A stretch of DNA of 64,000 nt from an uncultured Candidatus Saccharibacteria bacterium (lineage in GTDB: Bacteria; Patescibacteriota; Minisyncoccia; Phycocordibacterales; JACOZG01): positions 68,579-132,578 of the forward strand of contig CAZYLF010000002.1 in NCBI GenBank assembly GCA_964648765.1, in the 5' to 3' direction. A program made the position numbers and the translations under genes. The notes beneath the pieces are model-generated. The model was not told the DNA's origin and made no database searches. It was given only the letters and a program-made list of their open reading frames with translations. The number at the start of each line of letters is the position of its first letter. Positions within the stretch are counted from its first letter, which is position 1. Of the stretch, positions 38,596 to 47,689 are shown piece by piece.

Positions 38596-41500
38596 ATGTC
38601 GTTCGTCCATCTCCACAATCACTCCAATTACTCGCTGCTCGACGGTTTGAGTCGTTTGGACGAGATGGTGGCTAAGGCCAAAAAGTTGGGCATGCCGGCG
38701 CTCGCCCTCACCGATCACGGCAACCTCTATGGCGCGATTGAGTTTTATAAAGCTTGTGAAAAAGCCGGTATCAAACCGATCATCGGTGTGGAAGCTTACG
38801 TAGCCATGCGCACACGATTCGACAAAGAACCAAACGTCGACAGTCGGCGCTATCACCTAACTTTGCTCGCCAAAAATAAAGTTGGTTATCAAAATCTCCT
38901 GCGCATGGTTAGCGCCTCATATCTTGAAGGCTTTTATTACAAACCACGGATGGATAAGGATTTACTCCGCGCGCATAGTGAGGGAATTATTTGTCTCTCC
39001 GGTTGCATGGGCTCGGAACTTGGTCGCACCTTGTGGGCTCGTGATTTAGATAAAGCCAAAGCAGTAATTAAAGAACATCAAGAAATCTTCGGCGTGGAAA
39101 ATTATTATTTAGAAATAATGCACCACCCGAAAATTGAACGGCAAATGGAGATTAAAGAAGCCACCATTAAACTAGCGCGCGAATTAAACATCCCGCTCGT
39201 GGCCACCCAAGACGCGCATTATCTAGAACCTGAAGATGCTAAAGCTCACGACACTTTAGTGGCCATACAAACTCAAGCCACCGATGAAGATAAAAGGTTT
39301 TCTAATCAAATGGAAGACTTCTCATTTATCACACCCGAACAAGCGATGGAATATTTTAAGGACACGCCGGAGGCCATTGAAAACACTGTAAAAATCGCCG
39401 AGCGCTGTGAGCTTAAACTGGAATTGGGTAAATGGGTTTTTCCAAATTATCCAAAAATTGAAGGTTCAAATTATGAGGATATGCTCCGCGCTGATGCTCG
39501 CGCCAAACTTAAAAAATATTTAGAAAAGTATCCAGAGAAAAATACTGAGGCCACCAAACGCCTTGAGCACGAGCTCGACGTCATCACCACCAAAGGTTAC
39601 TCGCCTTACTTCCTCGTGGTCGCCGACTTAATTAATCACGCACATAGCGTCGGAATTTTTACCAACACCAGAGGTTCCGCCGCTGGATCTTTCACCTCTT
39701 TCCTTTTGGGAATCACCGGCGTGGATCCGCTAATTTATGAATTGCCTTTTGAACGCTTCCTCACTAAAGATCGTCCATCACCGCCCGATATTGATATGGA
39801 CTTCGCCGATAAACGTCGAGACGAGATTTTGGATTATGCGCGCGCTAAGTATGGCCACAATCATGTGGCCCAAATTGGAACCTTCGGCTCGATGATGGCA
39901 AAAGGCGCCGTGCGCGATGTGGCGCGAGCGCTTGGTCACCCATATTCTGTTGGTGATCGCTTATCAAACTGGATTCCGCTCGGCTCACAAGGCTTCCCCA
40001 TGACGATCGACAAAGCGCTAGAAATAACCCCCGAACTCAAAGATTCTTATGAAAAAGAAGCCGACACAAAAATAATTCTTGATCTGGCTAAAAGGATTGA
40101 GGGTGGCGCGCGGCACATCTCGGTGCACGCGGCCGGTGTGGTGATCTCGCCCACGCCGCTCACCGACTACGCGCCGATCCAGCTTGATCCGAAAGGCGGC
40201 AAAATTATTACCCAGTATGACATGTATTCAATTGAGGAAGCCGGCTTGCTCAAGTTCGACTTCCTCGGTATTCGTAACCTCTCCATTCTTGAAGACGCCG
40301 TACGCTTGGTGCAGAAAATTTTAAATATTAAAGTTGATATTAACGACATTTCACTTGATGACGCCAAGACTTTTGAAATGCTCGCGCGTGGTGAGACCAT
40401 GGGTCTCTTCCAACTTAACGGCGCGGGCATGACGCGTTGGCTTAAGGAGTTGAAGCCGTCACGGATCCACGACATCAACGCCATGGTGGCGCTCTATCGC
40501 CCAGGCCCAATGGAATCGATCCCGGATTATATTGAGCGTAAACACAATCCCGACAAAATTCGTTATCTTGATAAACGTCTAAAAACGATTCTCGATCAAT
40601 CTTACGGCGTGATCACCTACCAAGACGACGTCATGTTAATCTCCATCCACATTGCTGGTTACTCGTGGGTGGAAGCCGACAAACTCCGCAAGGCGATGGG
40701 TAAAAAAATTCCGAAAGAAATGGAAGAGCAAAAAGAAAAGTTACTGAAAGGCTTCGTCGCCAATGGTTTGAACGAAAAGAAGGCGCAACAATTGTGGCAC
40801 TTAATCGAACCCTTCGCCGCTTACGGATTTAACAAAGCGCATGCGGCGAGCTACGGTAAAGTGGCGTATCAAACGGCCTACATGAAGGCCAATTATCCCA
40901 CAGAATATATGACGGCTGTGCTCACCGCGGAGTCAGGCGATGTGGAAGAAATCTCGCGGATAATCGAGGAGTGTAAACGGATGAAAATTCCGGTACTCTC
41001 ACCAGATGTTAATGAAAGTTTTGGCGACTTCACCGTAGTAAAAGGCGAACAAGATTCAATCAGATTTGGTTTATTTACGATTAAAAACTTAGGTACAGAA
41101 ATTGCTGAAGCAATCGTGCAGGAACGAAAAAAAGCTGGAAGATTTATTTCATTTGCTAACTTTCTCGATCGAGTTAAACATAAAAATTTAAATAAAAAAT
41201 CACTAGAGTCGCTGATTAAAGCCGGCGCGATGGATAGTTTAAACGAAGAGCGTGGAAAATTAATTGCCAATATGGATGAGGCGCTCTCCTACAATCGTGA
41301 AGCTGGTTCTGCCAATTCCAATCAAGATTCCTTATTCGGCCTGATGAGTGATAAATCAACAATTCCAATTTTGAAATTAAAAGACGCCCCCACCGCCACC
41401 GCCACGGAAAAGTTGGCTTGGGAAAAGGAATTACTTGGCCTCTATCTCTCCGGTCATCCGCTCGATAAATTCCGCGACAAGTTTGAGAAGACGGAAAATA

Positions 41501-41778
41501 CAATTACTAAAGCTAAAACTTTAAAAGACGGTTCAGGCGTTGTGATTGCTGGGTTAGTGGAAGAAGCCAAAGTAATAAATACTAAAAAGGGTGATCGCAT
41601 GGCCTTTGTGCGCCTCGCCGACTTCACCGATAAAATCGAGTGCGTCGTCTTCTCCCGCGTCTTCGTCGCCCACAGAGATCTCATCCTCCCCGAAAAGTGC
41701 CTCGCCATCCGCGGCAAAATCTCTTACCGCAACAACGAACCAAGCATTATTGTAGAAAGTTTGAAGGAGTTGAGTTAA
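38596..41778 (+). CDS. dnaE: DNA polymerase III alpha subunit (DnaE-type, compact)
   Basis: PHP domain MSFVHLHNHSNYSLLDG...LALTDHGNLYGAIEFY. Polymerase core and OB fold follow. 1060 aa from ATG 38596. Confidence 0.93.
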   Translation: MSFVHLHNHSNYSLLDGLSRLDEMVAKAKKLGMPALALTDHGNLYGAIEFYKACEKAGIKPIIGVEAYVAMRTRFDKEPNVDSRRYHLTLLAKNKVGYQNLLRMVSASYLEGFYYKPRMDKDLLRAHSEGIICLSGCMGSELGRTLWARDLDKAKAVIKEHQEIFGVENYYLEIMHHPKIERQMEIKEATIKLARELNIPLVATQDAHYLEPEDAKAHDTLVAIQTQATDEDKRFSNQMEDFSFITPEQAMEYFKDTPEAIENTVKIAERCELKLELGKWVFPNYPKIEGSNYEDMLRADARAKLKKYLEKYPEKNTEATKRLEHELDVITTKGYSPYFLVVADLINHAHSVGIFTNTRGSAAGSFTSFLLGITGVDPLIYELPFERFLTKDRPSPPDIDMDFADKRRDEILDYARAKYGHNHVAQIGTFGSMMAKGAVRDVARALGHPYSVGDRLSNWIPLGSQGFPMTIDKALEITPELKDSYEKEADTKIILDLAKRIEGGARHISVHAAGVVISPTPLTDYAPIQLDPKGGKIITQYDMYSIEEAGLLKFDFLGIRNLSILEDAVRLVQKILNIKVDINDISLDDAKTFEMLARGETMGLFQLNGAGMTRWLKELKPSRIHDINAMVALYRPGPMESIPDYIERKHNPDKIRYLDKRLKTILDQSYGVITYQDDVMLISIHIAGYSWVEADKLRKAMGKKIPKEMEEQKEKLLKGFVANGLNEKKAQQLWHLIEPFAAYGFNKAHAASYGKVAYQTAYMKANYPTEYMTAVLTAESGDVEEISRIIEECKRMKIPVLSPDVNESFGDFTVVKGEQDSIRFGLFTIKNLGTEIAEAIVQERKKAGRFISFANFLDRVKHKNLNKKSLESLIKAGAMDSLNEERGKLIANMDEALSYNREAGSANSNQDSLFGLMSDKSTIPILKLKDAPTATATEKLAWEKELLGLYLSGHPLDKFRDKFEKTENTITKAKTLKDGSGVVIAGLVEEAKVINTKKGDRMAFVRLADFTDKIECVVFSRVFVAHRDLILPEKCLAIRGKISYRNNEPSIIVESLKELS

Positions 41779-41779
41779 A

Positions 41780-41821
41780 CAAAAAAGCCGGGAGCTGGAA
41801 GATAAATTCCAAACTCCCGGC
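41780..41821 (-). terminator. Terminator for the minus-strand 183-aa gene; its hairpin could also pause dnaE transcripts
   Basis: gccgggag...ctcccggc stem. T-run only on the minus strand. Confidence 0.5.
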
Positions 41822-41842
41822 CGCAACATTTAATGCGATGAT

Positions 41843-42394
41843 CTACTCCAGATCTTCTTCCGGAACAATCATGTGATTCTTATCAGAAGTATCTGATATC
41901 GGCACATAGCCGAGAGGCACCTTCCCCAACATCTCATCTCGTACATACACCAAACCCAGCGTCTTGTGACGAGCACATTTCCCTGCCAGATAATTGCCCC
42001 AAATTAATGAACGGATACCGCGAATCGCGAGTGGATCCCTTTTCCGCAGAGCGCCGGCAAAGCTATCGTAGTTGATATAGTCCATCACTTCGACTAACCC
42101 ACAGGACACTTTAACCCGGCAACTGGGTGGGACAAATACCATAAACTGAGCCCCTTGCGGACTGCTGTGATGAACTAAACCAAAGTTATCTACAGCAAAA
42201 ACGAGAGTAAAGTCACCGTGCCTTCTGTAGCCGATTGATTGATCAATGCCGAGCAAAGTCTCTAGCCCGCTCATAGAAACCCACAACAGTCCGTCAACTA
42301 CTATCATTGACGGCACTTGGTTCGGCGGCAGATTAGCCACCACCTTACAATTTTGGATACCTTGGACAGTTGCGTTCATCGCAGACCTCCTCAC
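41843..42394 (-). CDS. Hypothetical protein
   Basis: 183 aa ORF. No recognisable motifs. Region appears GC-richer than the flanks. Confidence 0.4.
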   Translation of the reverse strand: MRRSAMNATVQGIQNCKVVANLPPNQVPSMIVVDGLLWVSMSGLETLLGIDQSIGYRRHGDFTLVFAVDNFGLVHHSSPQGAQFMVFVPPSCRVKVSCGLVEVMDYINYDSFAGALRKRDPLAIRGIRSLIWGNYLAGKCARHKTLGLVYVRDEMLGKVPLGYVPISDTSDKNHMIVPEEDLE

Positions 42395-42555
42395 TCAAAG
42401 ACCCTCGCGGCCCGGGGGACACCCTTGACCACATAGTCAACTACTACAATTCGTTGACCAAACTGCTCGCTATTTTACATACATAAAGCAAGATGTCAAG
42501 ATTGCTCAACATAATAAAAGAGCGGGACGGAAAATGAATTCCGCCCCGGCAAATA

Positions 42556-42855
42556 TTACTTACTGTTGTCACTACCGTAGATTTCTTCAAGAAGCTCGGC
42601 ACCGAGACAGTCGTCGTCATCCTCAAAAAAGATCATTTCTTCGACAGTCTCCTTTTCACGGTGGTCTTCAGTGGCAATCTCAGGTGGTGGAATACCAGAC
42701 ACTACCGGTGCCAATTTGTCTTTTCCGCAGTTGCCACAGAACTTCCATTCTCGACCCTCACTATTCCAGCCACACTGGGAACAAAAGAGGATTTGTGGAC
42801 TTTTAGGCTTACCCGGCCGATTGTACATAAACTCATGCAATTGATAGATGTCCAT
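42556..42855 (-). CDS. Zinc-ribbon protein with an acidic C-terminal tail
   Basis: CSQCGWN...CGNCGK followed by a D/E-rich tail. Confidence 0.45.
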   Translation of the reverse strand: MDIYQLHEFMYNRPGKPKSPQILFCSQCGWNSEGREWKFCGNCGKDKLAPVVSGIPPPEIATEDHREKETVEEMIFFEDDDDCLGAELLEEIYGSDNSK

Positions 42856-42963
42856 TCAGCACCTCCCTCAATTTTTTCATTTCACAATTCCACCTTAAAT
42901 ATACTCAGTTTTATTATCCATGTCAACCATTCGTAATTTTAAAATTTCTGCTATGATTTACGA

Positions 42964-44208
42964 ATGCAAGAAAAAGAGGAGGAGAAAAAGCTGGCCGAGG
43001 ATGATCATAGGAGGATTGGAGCAGAATTGGGTCTGTTCACCTTTTCTGACACCGTTGGAAAGGGGTTACCTCTTTGGACACCAAAAGGGACAACAATTCG
43101 CCGGATACTCGAGCGCTTTATTGTCGACGAAGAAATTCGCCGTGGTTACCAGCATGTTTATACACCTGACATCGCCAAAATAGATTTATTTAAAAAGTCT
43201 GGCCACTATCCATATTACAAGGATTCGATGTACGCCCCGATCAAAATTGATGAAGAAGAGTTTATGCTCCGCCCCATGACCTGCCCACACCACTTTGAAC
43301 TCTATTTATCTAAGCCTCATAGCTACCGCGAGTTGCCAGTTCGGATTGCTGAAATGGGTAAACTCTACCGTTATGAACTTTCCGGCGTGCTCACTGGTCT
43401 CACTCGCACTCGCTCCTTCTGCTTATCTGATGCCCATGTGATCTGTGCTAATCCTGAACAAGCTAAATCAGAGATTGAGCGCGCCCTCTCGCTTATCTTC
43501 TTCATGACCGAAAAATTTGGCTTAAAATCTGGTGAAGACTTTTCATATCGCCTTTCTTTAGGCAACCGCAAAGATGATAAAAAATATTACAAAGACGACG
43601 CCGCCTGGGATGAAGCCGAATCAATTCTCCGTGAAGTTCTAAAAGGTCAAGATGTGCCATTCACTGAAGCGGAAGATGAGGCCGCCTTCTACGGACCCAA
43701 AATTGATATCCAGATGAAGGATGCTCGAGGCAAAGAAGATACGGCCTTCACCGTGCAATACGACTTCGTAATGCCGAAGCGCTTTAATCTTACTTACATT
43801 GATTCTGATGGTCAAACCAAAGAGACGGTGGTGGTACATCGTTCTTCAGTTGGATCACTTGAACGGATCATCGCCTTCTTGATTGAAAAGTATAAAGGCG
43901 CCTTTCCGGTGTGGCTTGCGCCCGTGCAGGTGGCGGTGATTCCGATTGCGGAGGCGCATCAAGAATTTGCTAAAAAAGCTTTTGAAGAATTAAAACAAGT
44001 AAACATCCGCGCCGAAATTAATTTAGATAACGAAACCTTGGGTAAAAAAATCCGCGGTGCTAAGCTCCAAAAGATTCCCTATTTAATAATCATTGGCGAT
44101 AAAGAAGTGACGGCGAATGCCCTCACCGTCGAATCCCGCGACGGCGAAAAGTTAGAAAATATCTCTGTGGGAGATTTAGTAAAAAAGATTCAAGACGCCA
44201 ACAAATAA
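42964..44208 (+). CDS. thrS: Threonyl-tRNA synthetase, catalytic core plus anticodon-binding domain only (no N-terminal TGS/editing domains)
   Basis: Begins at the class-II core (DHRRIGAELGLF...), has motif 2/3 regions and a C-terminal anticodon-binding domain. 414 aa versus about 640 for canonical ThrRS. Confidence 0.88.
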   Translation: MQEKEEEKKLAEDDHRRIGAELGLFTFSDTVGKGLPLWTPKGTTIRRILERFIVDEEIRRGYQHVYTPDIAKIDLFKKSGHYPYYKDSMYAPIKIDEEEFMLRPMTCPHHFELYLSKPHSYRELPVRIAEMGKLYRYELSGVLTGLTRTRSFCLSDAHVICANPEQAKSEIERALSLIFFMTEKFGLKSGEDFSYRLSLGNRKDDKKYYKDDAAWDEAESILREVLKGQDVPFTEAEDEAAFYGPKIDIQMKDARGKEDTAFTVQYDFVMPKRFNLTYIDSDGQTKETVVVHRSSVGSLERIIAFLIEKYKGAFPVWLAPVQVAVIPIAEAHQEFAKKAFEELKQVNIRAEINLDNETLGKKIRGAKLQKIPYLIIIGDKEVTANALTVESRDGEKLENISVGDLVKKIQDANK

Positions 44209-44245
44209 AAAAACCGCTGAATCTCATAAGGGAGAGACTCAGCGG
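44207..44245 (-). terminator. Rho-independent terminator on the minus strand, overlapping the thrS stop
   Basis: Minus strand reads ccgctgagtctc-tcccttat-gagattcagcgg followed by ttttttt. Confidence 0.6.
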
Positions 44246-44430
44246 CTACGTGTTTGGGGCTTTCTGGTATCTGTCGGTGATCCCGAAAGTCGAGATCCTT
44301 ACCGCGGTCTTGCGTTAACAAGAGAGTGGTCCGAGAGGAAACAGTACCCTTATTTACTCGAGAGTTCCACCTAAACCCTAACACGTGGCCTGTACGCTAG
44401 GCGCAAGACTTCTGCGCTTCGGTCAGGTTT
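44246..44430 (-). ncRNA. Candidate small RNA of about 190-220 nt, class unassigned, bounded by its own promoter and terminator
   Basis: No ORF of 60 aa or more on either strand. A consensus promoter lies upstream and a strong terminator downstream. Several internal hairpins, e.g. gcgcagaagtcttgcgc. Confidence 0.3.
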
Positions 44431-44433
44431 CTA

Positions 44434-44463
44434 CATACTATACTACTTAGTTTAATTTGTCAA
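44434..44463 (-). promoter_or_regulatory. Sigma-70-like promoter overlapping the gyrB stop codon
   Basis: Minus strand reads TTGACA, a 17-nt spacer, then TAGTAT (alternatively TATAGT with a 15-nt spacer). Confidence 0.4.
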
Positions 44464-46490
44464 ACATCCAAGTTGGCCATCTTGGCGTGGGTTTGGATGA
44501 AGATTTTACGAGGTTCAACTTCTGAACCCATAAGCACGGTGAAGGTTTTGTCGGCTTCCGAAGCCTCTTTAATATCCACACGTTTAAGTACGCGCTTCTC
44601 TGGATCCATGGTTGTCTCCCAAAGTTCTTCTGGATTCATTTCTCCAAGACCTTTATAACGCTGCACAGAAACTTTAGCTACCTTAACTTCTGCCTCGGGC
44701 ACGTCCGTTTCAGTCTCCCTTTCAATTAAATCTTCTGGCTTGCCACCCAAACGTTTAACGATTTTATTTTTATCGTCTTCAGAGAATGAATAAACAATTT
44801 CTTTACCCTTTTTAATTTTGAAAAGTGGTGGTTGCGCAATGTATAAATATCCGCCGGAAATAATGGTGGGGAAATGACGATAGAAAAGAGTGAGAAGAAG
44901 CGTGCGGATGTGCGCGCCGTCCACGTCGGCATCAGTGGCGATAATAATTTTGTGATAGCGCAATTCTCCAAGGTCAAAGTTCTCACCAATTGACGTACCA
45001 AGAGCGATAATCAAGGACTTAATTTCTTTAAATGCGAGCATTTTATCGAGCCGCGCACGTTCAACGTTTAAAATTTTACCTTTAAGTGGCAAGATGGCTT
45101 GCGTGCGACGATCACGACCTTGCTTAGACGAGCCACCGGCTGAATCTCCCTCAACGATAAAAAGTTCTGCTTCCTCGGCCTTTTTAGTTTGGCAATCCGC
45201 GAGTTTACCTGGCAACATTAAACCTTCAAGTGCGCCTTTACGTAAGATAGAATCTTTAGCCGCTTTAGCTGCCTTGCGCGCGCGCAGTGCAATAATCACT
45301 TTATTTACAATTGCTCGCGCGTCTTCAGGATTCTCTTCTAAAAAGAGTGAGAGAGAATCACTAAAGGCCGTCTCCACCGCACCACGCACTTCAACGTTGC
45401 CGAGTTTAGCTTTAGTTTGACCCTCAAATTGTGGGTTACGAAGTTTAACCGAGATTACAGCCGTGATACCCTCGCGCACATCGTCGCCAGTGAAGGCGCC
45501 GTCGGCATCTTTAGCCATATTATTCTTCTTAGCGTAATCATTTAAGCCACGAGTGAGCGCTGTGCGGAAACCGGTTAAGTGTGTGCCACCTTCGGGCGTG
45601 ATGGTGTTGTTGGTGTAAGTAATTTCGCGAGCAATAATGTCGTCGATGTATTGGAAAGCAATTTCAATATTAATTTCATTTACCTCCTTCTCCGCGTAGA
45701 AAACATTTTTATGTCCCGGCTTCTCATTTTGGTTTAAGAAGCGCACGAGCGACAAAAGTCCACCTTCAAAGTAAAATGTTTTAGAAGGTAAAGGTAAATC
45801 CAATTCTCTTAAATATAAAACTTTTTCAGCCTCAATTTTGCCGGTGTAACCACGGGCATCAATGGCGCGAACTCTTAATTTTTTAACTAAATAGGCTTGG
45901 CCTCGGAGATGATTGGTGATCCTATTAAAATCGTAAATTAAATCTGAGAAGATCTGGGCGTCAGGTTTAAAGGTGATCACCGTGCCGTGCTCTTTAGTCT
46001 TGCCGATTTGTTTAACATTTGCCTTCTTTTTACCACGAGCAAATTCTTGAAAGTGAATTCCACCTTCACGATACACATGAGCTTGTAACCACTCAGAAAG
46101 CGCGTTCACCACCGATGCTCCCACACCGTGGAGACCACCGGAAATTTTATACCCCTCACCTTCAAACTTTCCACCTGCGTGGAGCACCGTGAGCACTGTC
46201 TCGAGTGCCGAGACTCCAGTCTTTTTATGTATCGTCACGGGGATACCGGCGCCGTTGTCGGCTACGCGGATCACATCACCAGGCAAAATTGCCACCTCGA
46301 TTTCATCACACGAACCGTTCATCGCCTCATCGCGTGAGTTGTCGAAAATTTCTACGAGCAAGTGATGGAGGCCATCAGTGCCTGTGGAGCCAATATACAT
46401 ACCTGGGCGCTTACGCACCGGTTCTAGGCCCTCAAGGACTACGATATCTTCAGCGTCGTATTTACGTTGTTTAGGGCTCTCTTTAGGCAT
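44460..46490 (-). CDS. gyrB: DNA gyrase subunit B
   Basis: GHKL N-domain LHAGGKFEGEGYKISGGLHGVGASVVNALS. TOPRIM EGDSAGGS...PLKGKILNVE. Ends ...ANLDV-TGA. Confidence 0.96.
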   Translation of the reverse strand: MPKESPKQRKYDAEDIVVLEGLEPVRKRPGMYIGSTGTDGLHHLLVEIFDNSRDEAMNGSCDEIEVAILPGDVIRVADNGAGIPVTIHKKTGVSALETVLTVLHAGGKFEGEGYKISGGLHGVGASVVNALSEWLQAHVYREGGIHFQEFARGKKKANVKQIGKTKEHGTVITFKPDAQIFSDLIYDFNRITNHLRGQAYLVKKLRVRAIDARGYTGKIEAEKVLYLRELDLPLPSKTFYFEGGLLSLVRFLNQNEKPGHKNVFYAEKEVNEINIEIAFQYIDDIIAREITYTNNTITPEGGTHLTGFRTALTRGLNDYAKKNNMAKDADGAFTGDDVREGITAVISVKLRNPQFEGQTKAKLGNVEVRGAVETAFSDSLSLFLEENPEDARAIVNKVIIALRARKAAKAAKDSILRKGALEGLMLPGKLADCQTKKAEEAELFIVEGDSAGGSSKQGRDRRTQAILPLKGKILNVERARLDKMLAFKEIKSLIIALGTSIGENFDLGELRYHKIIIATDADVDGAHIRTLLLTLFYRHFPTIISGGYLYIAQPPLFKIKKGKEIVYSFSEDDKNKIVKRLGGKPEDLIERETETDVPEAEVKVAKVSVQRYKGLGEMNPEELWETTMDPEKRVLKRVDIKEASEADKTFTVLMGSEVEPRKIFIQTHAKMANLDV

Positions 46491-46557
46491 GTTTTATACG
46501 ATCAGTGTAGCATAAAGTGGGTAGCAAATCTACTCTATTTCTGATATATTTGGGCGT

Positions 46558-47688
46558 ATGGAAATCGACATAAATTCTCCTGAAGAGGCTAAGTTGCGAG
46601 CCAAGCTAGCCGAGCGCAAAGATGCTGAGGCGCGACGCATGGAGCGATTTCTCGCTATGCCCGATCTCGCTCGTACGCCCGGTAGTCCGCTGCATGAAGT
46701 GGTAAGTCGCGCGCTCAAAGTTGAGGGGTTGAAGGACTTCGATATTATTAAAATCCCCGAGATCGTCCCCTCTTCCGTTACCTTCGACCTCTTCAACATG
46801 CCGCCGGGTCATCCAGCTCGCAGTAAGTCCGACACTTATTATGTAGACGACGATCACATCCTGCGCACTCACGACACCGTGATGTGGTACTACTATTTAA
46901 ATCATCCCGAGACTAAAAAGAAAATTGAGAATAAAGAAAATTTAGGTGTAATTTGTTACGGCAAAGTTTATCGCAAAGATGAAATTGATCGCCGCCACAT
47001 GAACGTCTTTCACCAATTCGGCGGGTTATTTTTAGTCCCTGATGATAAGCAAACTATTAAACCTGAAGATTTAAAATCTGTGCTTTCTGACGTGGCCAAG
47101 GCGATCTTCGGTGATAAAGTTAACTTTAGATTTTACGATCACAACTTCCCCTACACTGATCCGAGCTTCGAGATGGAAGCAGAAATTAATGGTCAGTGGA
47201 TTGAGATGCTCGGTTCCGGTTTACCTCGCAAAAGTGTGTTAGAAAACTTCGGTTTAACCGGTTACAACGGTTGGGCCTTCGGCTTCGGCCTTGAGCGCTT
47301 AGCAATTTCTAGTATGAGTTTGCCCGACATTCGCCTACTTTGGTCTGATGATGAGCGCGTAAAAAAACAACTTAAGTTGGGGCAAAAATTCCAAGAAGTT
47401 TCTAAATTCCCACCCATCACCCGCGACATCTCCTTCATTGTGCCCAACACCTTCGTGGTCAACGACTACTTCGATCTCATCCGCGAACTCGGCGGTGACT
47501 TAGTGGAAGAAGTAACTTTACTTGATAAATACGAAAACGCTGCCAAATTCGGCGAAGGTAAATTAAGCTACACTTACCGCATCATCTATCGCTCCATCGA
47601 GCGCACTCTCACCACCGACGAAATCGAACCCATCCAAAACCAAATCATCACCGAAACAAAAAAACAGTTCGTCGCGGAGATTAGGTAA
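46558..47688 (+). CDS. pheS: Phenylalanyl-tRNA synthetase alpha-type catalytic subunit with a C-terminal FDX-ACB-like anticodon-binding domain (monomeric, mitochondrial-type architecture)
   Basis: Class-II motifs including FNMPPGHPARSKSDTYYV and GWAFGFGLERLAI. C-terminal ~100 aa (FPPITRDISFIVPNTF...LSYTYRIIYRSIERTLT) resembles the FDX-ACB domain normally found in PheT. Confidence 0.85.
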   Translation: MEIDINSPEEAKLRAKLAERKDAEARRMERFLAMPDLARTPGSPLHEVVSRALKVEGLKDFDIIKIPEIVPSSVTFDLFNMPPGHPARSKSDTYYVDDDHILRTHDTVMWYYYLNHPETKKKIENKENLGVICYGKVYRKDEIDRRHMNVFHQFGGLFLVPDDKQTIKPEDLKSVLSDVAKAIFGDKVNFRFYDHNFPYTDPSFEMEAEINGQWIEMLGSGLPRKSVLENFGLTGYNGWAFGFGLERLAISSMSLPDIRLLWSDDERVKKQLKLGQKFQEVSKFPPITRDISFIVPNTFVVNDYFDLIRELGGDLVEEVTLLDKYENAAKFGEGKLSYTYRIIYRSIERTLTTDEIEPIQNQIITETKKQFVAEIR

Positions 47689-47689
47689 A

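Noticed and set aside
44246-44430. tmRNA, SRP RNA or RNase P RNA identity for the gyrB-downstream RNA candidate
   Set aside because: On the plus strand, the GGGGCUUUCUGG..UCGG start superficially resembles a tmRNA 5' end, but there is no tRNA-like T-arm/CCA 3' end. The SRP helix-8 and RNase P P4 consensus sequences are also absent, so the class is left unassigned.
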